Of a stretch of 64,000 nucleotides of DNA, positions 1 through 11,336 are shown in pieces. Origin of the DNA: Eledone cirrhosa (taxonomy: Eukaryota); contig OZ024743.1 in assembly GCA_964016885.1 (NCBI GenBank), positions 223,510,001 to 223,574,000 on the forward strand. Direction: 5' to 3'. The position numbers and the translations under genes were made by a program. The first letter of the stretch is position 1; every line of letters begins with the position of its first letter. Under the pieces are notes generated by a model. The model did not search any database. It was not told the origin of the DNA and saw only the letters and a program-made list of their open reading frames with translations.

Positions 1-82
1 AAGAATAGTTTGTAACTGGTTTGCCATGACTTTTTGCTGTGGGAGACTGAGGTGGTTCTCAATAGACAGTATTACAGGATAT
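1..82 (-). CDS. PLCD: PLC-delta exon, X box end, runs off window ([28 protein letters not shown])
   Basis: Acceptor ctatttcag; YPVILS.ENH signature; phase 2 start matches previous exon. Confidence 0.93.
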
Positions 83-2897
83 CTGAAATAGAAATGTAAC
101 AAAGTTCGCTATATCCATAGAAAGGCCACTCAATTAATAGGCCAAAAACTAACACCACACTTCAAAATCTGAGCAACAGATGTGCTGACCCCCTCTTTCA
201 TGATCAGTCATTCATTTGCAAATAAACACATCCACTCATACACACATTTGTAAACATACACACTCATTCACCATCCATCTCTCTCCCTCTATCTCTCTCT
301 CTCACACACACATAACTCCTTCCACACACTCACCCTTATTGGGTTCCAATACATATTTTAGCTATCCCACCCCCACAACATGCACATTCACACTGACTGG
401 GTTCCAATACATATGTTTTAGTTAAAATTACTGTTTTATCAGATAAGACTAAGCTGATGTTAAAATGTCAATTTCTTGTTATAAGCCTTTTTATACATTA
501 AAAATAAATGTCAAATATAAACAAAATTTGTTTTCACTCTAACATAGTGGCTATGTAAATGCATCGGGAATTTTGTATCAAATAATAATAATTGTTTCTA
601 CTTTAGGCACAAGACCAGCAATTACCCAGTGCATTACTGGTACTTTATTTTATCCACCCCGTAAGGATGAAAGGCAAAGTCAACCTCGGTGGGATTTGAA
701 CTCAGATCGTAAAGGGACGTAACTATGCTGGAAAGCATGGCGTCCGACCCTCTACCGATACTGCCAATCCACCGCCCTTCAAATAATAATAATATTATAA
801 TAACATTATCGATATTTGATTCGTTTGCAAGCAAACAGCCTCATAATGTCATGTGTTTTAGACAATTATTATCATCCTTTTGTTCTAGCGGTGGTAGAGA
901 GAAACAATCAACAATTGTTTCAAGGTTATTGTCAAGATTGTGTATCTCTCCCTTTTCTGCATTATGAGGCTGTTTGCTTACAAACGAATCGAATATTAAT
1001 AATGATATTATAATATTATTATTATTCGATATAAAACTCACGAATGCAGTCAAATATATAATTTCCCTTTTTTATATAGTCAAGTTATATAGATTTCAAA
1101 ACTCATCTGTTTTCTTTCCCACTATTTCTTATTAATATGGCTCTAATGCCAGAATCTGCAAAGCCAATCAAGCTTTTGGCATGCTCAACCGGGTTTGGGA
1201 ATCTTCCAGTCTCAGGGTTTGAACAAAGCTAAAGATTTTCAAAAGCAACATCCTCAGTGTACTTTACACTGTTTAATTAACTGGAAAATCTCTGTGTCCA
1301 ACAAACAGAAACTGAGAAACTGGGTACATTTCAAACCAAATATCTACAGAAAATTCTGAAAATATTTCAGTCAAACCTAATCACAAACAAGGACTTGTAT
1401 GACTGAACAGGAATGATGACTGTACAGGACTTAATACATGCACACCAATGGAAATAGTTTGGACATGTTTGCTGCATGATCTTGAACTCCTTGGTGAAAA
1501 CAGCTCTTAACTGGGTGTCATGATGAAAGAGAGAACAGGGCAGACAAAGAGAAATGTAGTGACAAATCATAGGTAAAGAGTTGAAATGTCTGTTCTAAGC
1601 CGAGAGGATCATCAGGCTTGAGCTTATTCTAGCTTCACTGGTGTTAAACAACTGATAGTAAAAGACTTCCTCCTGGAACGGATGACAGTCCATCACAAGA
1701 TTAATCCCAATCTGCTGCTGGGACTCATTTTCAGTTGAGTTGACTGGAGCAGCATGAAATAAAATGTTTTACTGGTCTAGGAATTGAACCCATAACATTA
1801 TGCTTGGACGCCCAACACCCTAGACTCTCAACCTATGCACGTTCATGACCAGCTTCAAAAGGCAGCGGATAAGAGGAGATCTCTTCTATAAATTGCCTCA
1901 GACAGAGAGTGGACTAAATAAAAGGAAGCAAACACTGAGAGAACACAGGGGTATCCCCCTCCACCGTCACATGCTGTTGTTAATGTTCTAAACAAGATGA
2001 AATTACAAGATGAAATTTCAAACAGTGTTTTACCCTTTATCATTCAATTACTCTATACATGCTATTGTATTTTTGTGGTAAAGACTTTATCTCATATAAT
2101 TATTTCACATATTATCGAATCTACAAGATTGTGATGTTATTTATATTGAGAACAATACCTTAACAGAAGTATGAGTGGTTAGTAACAACTGATTTGAACA
2201 GAAAGAGGTGAGAGAATTCTGGCCGGATACGGCTGGTTTAAAGGTTAAAGGATTGAAATAGATAATTTTATGACTCACTCAGAACTCTTGAAGGCATACT
2301 CTTTAATAGCCATAAGGACTTTATCAAGCATAATCTTTGAAGTCAGTGTGTGTCCATGATAGATGACTGGATAATCATCAGGTCCATCCCAGCAATCCAC
2401 TGTATAAATTTAAAGAATAATACAAAAAATAAACAATAAAGAGATAAAACAAAAACAAGATATCAAAATGGTGAAATATCAAACAATGCACAATTATTAT
2501 TTTGCATTATATGCACACAAATACACACACATATGCATGTACACACAAAAACACACACACATATAAAATGAATTTAGATTAATATAATTGTTTCTGATAT
2601 AGGCACAAGGCCAACAATTTTGGAGAAGGGGAAAGTCAAGTAAATCGACCCCAGTGCATTACTGGTACTCTATTTCATTGACCCCGTAAGGATGAAAGGC
2701 AAAGCTAACCTCGGCAGGATTTGAAATCAGAGTATAAAGGGCCGTACTCAATGTTGCAAAGCCTGTTGTCCGATGCTCTATCAATACTGCCAATCCACCG
2801 CCCTTAAGCATGTTGTCTGATGCTCTACCGATTTAAATTAATATAATGGTAGATGTATAGAAACTCATAATTATTTCGACCTTGTTGACCACAACTG

Positions 2898-2936
<39 letters not shown>

Positions 2937-4320
2937 AGATCAAAAGATGGTTAAAAGAGTTCCATGTATTTTATTATGCGCATTTCAAAAACAAATATCA
3001 TCATGGGATGATATTTGCGTTCTCATCAGATAAAATAGGGAGACATGATATGAAGCTTAAAAAACACTTGTGAATTGTGAAGTGTTAAATCAACATGTGA
3101 AAAATAAAATAAGATGGATATATGAGATTAGGAAAAAAAAAGAAGGAAGGGGAAGGAAAAGGTAAGGAAGAGGAAGAAAGAAAATAATAAGAAAAAAATA
3201 TATAATAATAAGGAAAGGATGATGGAGGAGGATTATAAGAAGGAAGGATGGGAGAGGAGGAGAAATGAGTAAGAGAGAGAGATAACCTTTAATACTGAGA
3301 AACATTAAAACAGAGAGAAATTAAACATTCTCACAGAGAAATAAAAAAAAAAAACGTAAGATAATACATAATTTTAAAAAATTTTGAAATTAAAAGTTAA
3401 TGAGGTTTATGAATGGTGATGTTTATGATTAAAGAAAAGGAATTAAGAATAGTATTTATTTAAGGTTTATAAGGTTTATATATTCAATATATAAACCTTA
3501 AATAAATACTATTCTTAATTCCTTTTCTTTAATCATAAACATCACCATTCATAAACCTCATTAACTTTTAATTTCAAAATTTTTTAAAATTATGTATTAT
3601 CTTACGTTTTTTTTTTTTAATTTCTCTGTGAGAATGTTTAATTTCTCTCTGTTTTAATGTTTCTCAGTATTAAAGGTTATCTCTCTCTCTTACTCATTTC
3701 TCCTCCTCTCTCATCCTTCCTTCTTATAATCCTCCTCCGTCATCCTTTCCTTATTATTATATATTTTTTTTCTTATTATTTTCTTTCTTCCTCACCTTTT
3801 CCTTTCCCCTTTTTTTTCCCAATCTCATATATCCATCTTATTTTATTTTTCACATGTTGATTTAACACTTCACTGCTCGCAAGTGTTTTTTAAGCTTCAT
3901 ATCATGTCTCCCTATTTTATCTGATGAGAACGCAAATATCATCCCATGATGTTATTTGTTTTTGAAATGCGCATAATAAAATACATGGAACTCTTTTAAC
4001 CATCTTTTGATCTTATATTATTTATACTCCAGTCTTATAAACTGTTGAGTGCTACTTATCCGATATTTGCATTGCTTTATTGTGCTACAATAAAACTCAC
4101 CTCCTACATATATATATATATATAGGAAAAGAGACAGGACTCCGATGGCTGAGCTCCGGCCGTTTCGACAGCTAGAACCTTGGTTCGGATCTAGCTGTCA
4201 AAACGGCTGGAGCTCAGCCGTCGGGGTCCTGACTCTTTTCCTATTACCCACTCTACTACCTTAAGTATCGAGTACTCTGGTGCGTTATGGTCCACCTGGT
4301 TTCTTACCACACTTTCTTTG

Positions 4321-4378
<58 letters not shown>

Positions 4379-5005
4379 TGATGTCGTCCAAAAGTAATGG
4401 TCGCATTTTGAAAGGGTACGTCATCATCATCATCATCATCATCAACGTTTAACGTCCGTGTTCCACGCTTGCATGGGTTTGGACGGGGGTAGTCCCACTT
4501 GAGGCAAGAGTGATTGTCTTGCTCGCATAGGACTGTCTGGCAGGTTTTCTACAGTTGGATGCCCTTCCTAACACCAACCACATTTACAGTGTGGGTCTGG
4601 GAGGTTTTTACCGTGTTGCCTACACGGCCACATTACAGCGTGGACTGTGTGTTTTTTTGTCGTGACACCTACACGATCTCATTTGTTTCGGCCTGGATGG
4701 CGCGGTACCAACACAACTTTACATAGAACGGGGTGGTGTGGATGGGGTGGGGGTGGTGGTGGTGGGACGGGGTGTATTTTGTTAGAGATGCCTACTGGCT
4801 GGAGTAGGTTTTACTATATATTTAGGTAAGGCGGGTCTTCTCTGTTACTGAGTACCGCCAAAGGTAATGTTTATTTATAAAACTGGTATATATTGTATTT
4901 TGTCTGATGAAGGCATACCATAATTTAACTTGGTATCCTTGAAATATGTATAATGAAATAAATATGGTTTTATAAATATAGTTTCCATTTGTTAATATCG
5001 TATAT

Positions 5006-5039
<34 letters not shown>

Positions 5040-5059
5040 ATATATTATATATATTATAT

Positions 5060-5103
<44 letters not shown>

Positions 5104-8100
5104 CGTGTGTGTGTGTTATGTATTTCTGTAGAAAAGGTAAAGGAAAGAAGAGTGCTCTATGTATAGTACAGAGCTATTTCAAATGTAGATATATATGTAT
5201 GTAAAAAGTAAACAGAAATAACAAAGCAAATGACAGTGCAATGAAGAAATACATTAGGTTAATGACTGAAATAATAGGAAAAGAATCTTAACGTTTTGGA
5301 TACAAGTCCTTCACCAAAAGATAGAATGAGAGATAAAAGTGGAAATAGGAAGCCATTCCTATATTAAACATTGCATATACTCTATTATGTATTGAGTACC
5401 TTACTTACTGTGGTTACCCCCGATTGAATCCAGGATACACACACACACATATATATGAACGTACATATTGTATATTTTATAATATACTGTACGTTTATTT
5501 AAAAACATTTTGAAGGCCTTTCGCTATCAATTTAAGATAGTGACTAACATCATATACCTAACTTCAGCCAAAACAAAGAGGAATAACCGACAACCGTTTC
5601 TCACTTTTTAGCGGTTGCCAAGGTTATATATCCCTTGTCTTTGCTGTGAGCTGTAGAAGTTGGATTCTCATAGAATTCTAATTATGTTTAAACTCATTAA
5701 CATACAGAGTGGTTGCAGGCCCAGCAACAATTAGAAATTTGTGTTGGTGCTCTGAAATAGTGATGTATACATGAATGTACATATTATAACCTTGACAACC
5801 ACTAAAAAGTAAGAAACAATCGTGGGTTATTTCCCTTCGTTTTGTCCAGCATTGGTAATTTTTACTCACTTGGAATTGAGATAAGATTAGGCTATAGTTA
5901 TATACCTTTCACTGACTAGAATCAATAAGCTGTAGCTTTAACATAGCATGATTCATAATAGAGATGTATATGGAGGCATATACGATATGTTTATGTATAA
6001 TAAACATATAAGTCATATTTTTTATATTATATTATTGTATGGCCCTAAAAAGGAGTCTTACTCAAATATTATGTATTTCTTCATTACACAGCACATCAAT
6101 ATCTTACATTTGCCTTTGTGTTTGAAATGTCTAGATATATTTAATTGATTCACCCTTTTGTTATCATAACCCATGCCAGCATGGAAAAATGGACATTAAG
6201 TGATGATGATGATGATGATTTCAAATGAAAGACACTGCCTGTGATTTTCAAATGATTTAAAAAATAATCAAGAATTTTTAGGGATTTAGTAATATAACTA
6301 ACTTTTTTATTATTAATCTGGTGTTTGGAGAATAACTTAACAAAGGTTCTTACATAAAACTATGATGGAAATTTTTTAAATAAAGATAAAGATTTAAAAA
6401 CAAACAGTTTTGTACTGTAGAACCAGGGTCAGTTCCAGGTGGTTTAGTATCAAAAGGTTTAAGAGTTCATGATCCAAATCTAATTATGGACCCCCCCCCC
6501 CTGCCCCAAAAAACCCTGTTAACTTACGCTCGACACAACGGCAACCTTTCTGCAAAGCTCTGATATAGGCTTCCACATTGCTTGGGCCATGAAGCTGATC
6601 TTCCATCAAATAGCTGGAAAAAAATATATACATACATTGAACAATGAATGAGTAATGAGAAGAACTGCAGGGCTCCCATAGTTGGATTAAGCTTGCATGG
6701 GACACCTGGCTAAAAATTTCATCAGGGCCTTTGCATTAAAGTTCTACATCTTCGCCCACTTGTTCCTGAGAGGGTCGTGGGGGCAGAGTCCTCAAACATT
6801 TCCTCCAGTGGGTCCTGTCAGAAGCAACCATTTCTAACAAATCTGGCTGGATCTCCAAACAAAACTAGCTAAGCTCATGGATGTTATCCCACCATCTTGA
6901 TTGGGGTCTACTCCTGGGTCTCCTGCCAGTAGGTTTTGCCTGTAAAATCTGTTCAGTGATTCTCTCCTGAGATATTCTAACTACATGCCCATAGTATTGG
7001 AGCTGTGATCTCTCAATCTGGAGAAGTAGTAGCGCTACCTGGAGTGACTATGATCTCTGAGCTACACACTATCAAGGAATGTTACTCCAAAGTCCCCTTG
7101 GAGGAACCCCATTCAGGCCGCTTGTATTCATGATCATATTCTTTTGGTTATTATCCAAGATTCATGACCATAAGTTAGGGTTGGCACGAATACTGAATTT
7201 AAGATAGTGAGTTTGGCTTTTACGCCAACCTCCCTTCTTCTGATTACCGAATGCTGAAGCTGGTGCATTATTGCACAAACTCCAGTGAAAGGGCGGTGAA
7301 TTGGCAGTATCGTTACTCCAATCTGTCACTGCCAGCCCCCTCTTCCTCATTTTCCTCTTCTGACACACTTATAAGCACAAAACACAGATAGAATGTGATT
7401 TTTACAAAACTTACGTATTGTGGGAAGAGTTTATGAAATAATTAATAATTGGTCTAGTCATATCCTGATAAATCTGTGAACAAGCCGGGTTAAATAAGGA
7501 CTGTTCTGAAGAGGAGAGGAACAACTGGAAGCCTGCAAAAAAAAAAAAAAAAATAATAATAATAAGTGAATTGGTAGAGTTGTTAGAACATCTAATAGAA
7601 TATCTTGTAGTATCTGTCCTGGCTCTCTGCACTCTGAATTCAATTCCTTCTGAGATCAACAGTGTTTTCATCCTTCAATAAAATAAAATACCAGTCAAGT
7701 ACTGTGGTCAATTTAATCAACTTTCCTTTCTCCTCAACATTGCTGGCCTTGTGCCTAAATTAAAACCCATTATTGTTTAACACCATTTATAATTGTTTCT
7801 ACTTTTGGCACAAGGCCAGCAATTATTCCAGTGCATTACTGGTACTTTATTTTATCGACCCTATAAGCACATGGCTTAGTGGTTAGAGCATTGGGCTTGC
7901 AATCGAAAGGTTTTGAGTTTAATCCTCAGACTGGGTGATGTGTTGTTTCCTTGAGCAAGACACTTTATTTCACATTGCTCCAGTTTACTCAGCTGTAGAA
8001 ATGAGATGATAGGGACTGGGGTCCCTATCATTCAACTGCAAAGTGGTCGTGGAGGTGCCACGGCAAAAAAGCACCCAGCACTCACTGTAAATGAGGTTGG

Positions 8101-11100
8101 TGTTAGGAAGGGCATCCAGCTGTAGAAATCAAGCCAGAATCAGTTCCCATCCCACCCTTGCAAGCAGGGAAAAAGCGGTCGTAAAATGATGATGTAAAAT
8201 TCTGATGTATAAGGATGAAAGGCAAACTTAACATCGGTGGGATTTGAACTCGGACCACAAAGGGCCGTAACTCTATGCTGCAAAGCATGGCGTCCAACCC
8301 ACTACTGATACTGCCAATCCACCGCCCCTATCTATTTATAGTTGTTCCAGCTGTGACTATAGAGTCTTTTTTTTTCCCTGGCATTATCTAGGACTGCATT
8401 GTCCAATGTATCATTTTCTTTAAAATGGTATGGTATTATTTGAGCACGATTGAGCCGTTACCTGTAGCATGTTGAGTGACCACGAAAAGATTTCCTCATT
8501 GGCTAAATTATTTGCTGATTATATTTATTGGTGGAAACGGATGGGTACTGGTATGCATTTATGCACACATACCCAAATGTAAGTAATTGTTGGCTGATAA
8601 AACATCGCTAATATAATTTAAAATAGAAAGGAGGAAATAGGGAGAAGTAAAGAATTATAACAAGTAGGGGGAGTTATACTGATCAGAATGAGAGAGAGAG
8701 AGAGAGAAAGAGAGAAAGAGAGAGTGAGAGACGCTCTTGTTAGTGTGTGTGTAGAAGAGTAAAAAAAAAAAGAAATGCCATTATTATACAAATTGAGGTA
8801 TACTCTCACACACACACAGACCCTCACTTATATATATGTGACACAAAGAGAACTAGTTTTCTATTAATATAGATGGAGATGATGTCTATGGTAGTTGTAA
8901 AAGATAGGAATAGATACGAAAACTCGCTATATTTGAGGTGGAGGTAGAAATTTTCATACAACCTTTGAATACAATAAATCATTAATCAAAAATTACAAAG
9001 TTATCTTCCTTGTAATAAATGTTTATTTTCAAGGAAGACAACTTTGCTTATTAAACATTTATTTCAAGGGAGACAAATTTTGGAAAAATCGAGATTTCTG
9101 ATTAACGAAACTTTTCGCCACCTTATTTCTAATGAAAGGCATTGCATATGATTTTCAAATATTCGAGGGATTTAATTGATATAGCTAATAAAATGTTTCG
9201 ACGGTGAAATGACAAATCTAAGTTCGTAAGGTAGTCGACAGAATGGGAGTATTCATCACATGACCAAAATAGCAGACGACATGTTAGTGGTGGTAAGGTT
9301 TTTCAAATAATCATAAATGGCAATTTCTGTCTGTCTGTTTGTGAACCTAAAACTCAAAAACTACCAAACCGATCTTGATGAAACTTTACACGTGTGTGGG
9401 GCTCATGCCCATTTGATTCTTTACGTATATTTCATTTTAATCAAAGGGTTCCCCGGGGCCTCAAATCCCCGCTTATTTTTTCCCTTCGATTTATATGAAA
9501 TTTAAACCATAGGTAAATGACAAGATATGGTGCCTATTCACAAAATGTCAGCAAATTTCAATAATATCCTAATGGGAGTTAAACCCTCTATAGAGAAAAT
9601 TTTGTCCAACAAATAGAACAAGATTTCACAAACTCCTATGATTTTGGAGATAGACCCCCATAACCATATATATTCTGAAACTACATTGCCCAGGGTACTT
9701 GGATAAGTATATTTCCTTTTAATCAAAGGGTTCCCCGGGGGCACAAAACCCCTGCTAAAAACCCCTGCTGAAAATGTTTTCCCTTTGATTTATATGAAAT
9801 TTAAACCATAGGTAAATGACAAGATATGATGCCTATTCACAGAATTTCAGCAAATTTCAATAATATTAAGACTCCCTAATGGGGGTTCTATTTTTTTCCT
9901 TATAGCAACACTCAACTTCCCTGACAAACATTTTTTCTCCTGACCAATGCAATGAATAATATTTGTTTGTATTATTGTTTCGTAAACGAATTTGTCTTCG
10001 CTTTTTATTATTTGTCCTATATTTTGATTTCATTTTTGGTCTGAGAGGCATTGGGCATTTTAATGGGAACTGGGAATACCCCTGCTCCCAGGTATTACTG
10101 GGTACCTCAGCTAGTTCTTGAATAAAACATACAATACCGATCAAACAATAACACCACTTTTCATGAGCATTGGCAGTAGAGGGTTGGACGCCATGCTTTC
10201 TAGCATAGTTACGTCCCTTTACGGTTTGAGTTCAAATCCCATCGAGGTTAACTTTGCCTTTCATCCTTACGGGGTCGATAAAATAAAGTACCAGTAATGT
10301 ACTGGGATAATTGCTGGTCTTGTGCCAAAAGTAGAAACAATTATTTTGTATAAGCATAGTTATTTACAGCGTAGAGTTATGTCCCTTTACATTCTGAGTT
10401 CAAATCCTGCCACGGTTAACTTTGCCTTTCATCCTTACGGGGTCGATAAAATAAAGTACCAGTAATGCACTGGAATAATTGCTGGCCTCGTGCCAAAGTA
10501 GAAACAATTATTTTGTATAAGCTCTATGAAATTTAGAAAAAGTTAAATTTATAATTATTATATCATCATCAACATCATCATCATCATCATCATTTTACGT
10601 CCGCTTTTCCCTGCTTGCAAGGGTGGGACAGGTCTTATTCAGCACAGCATCTCTCCACTTGTCACGGTCCTTCGTCATCTCCACCATGAGCTTCAGCGAT
10701 CTGAGGTCTGTTCTCACCACCTCCGCCCATGTTTTTCGTTTGTCTACCTCTACCACGTCTTCCTTCAACTGGCAATTCCTGGCACTTCTTCACCCATCGG
10801 TCATCCTCCATGTGCATCAGATGTCCATACCACCTCAGTCTCCTCTCTCGCACACTACATTCTATCCCTCTCAGACACAGTTTCTCTCTCAACACATTCA
10901 TGCTGGGTCGTTCACGCACATTGACATTGCATATCCAACAGAGCATGCTTGCCTCATTTCTCTCCAGCCATACATGTATGTCATAACACCTGATATTACT
11001 CACAGTTGCAAAAGTATGTTTCCAAAATGACCTGCCATATGACAGGTAACACACTAGTATATAGTATATTAACATAATTAACACTAATATAAAATGAATA

Positions 11101-11289
11101 AGATATGGTTTTAATATAAATGTGATATGTATGTGTGTGTATCAGGAACACATATTCGTGTTATACATATATGAGTATATGTATGTATATGTATCCACAC
11201 TCACACGCTCACAATTCACAAATCTATAAAATAAGTAAAAAAATCACATGAGTATGCATGTGCAAATAACTATGTGTATGTTTGTGTAT

Positions 11290-11336
<47 letters not shown>

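Larger units (their letters stand above)
2930..4110. mobile_element. Penelope-like element 3' end/pLTR as a ~550-bp-arm palindrome with a hammerhead in each arm
   Basis: 2930-3483 is the near reverse complement of 3487-4020; homologous to the 3' region of the GIY-YIG element at 54357-54620; bounded by (TA)n. Confidence 0.85.

Noticed and set aside
74-82. ATATCCTGT resembling a U12 donor
   Set aside because: It is the start of a coding exon (E-Y-P-V) directly after a normal cag acceptor.
7866-7935. tRNA gene
   Set aside because: Degenerate tRNA-like head continuous with a SINE body; no intact cloverleaf.
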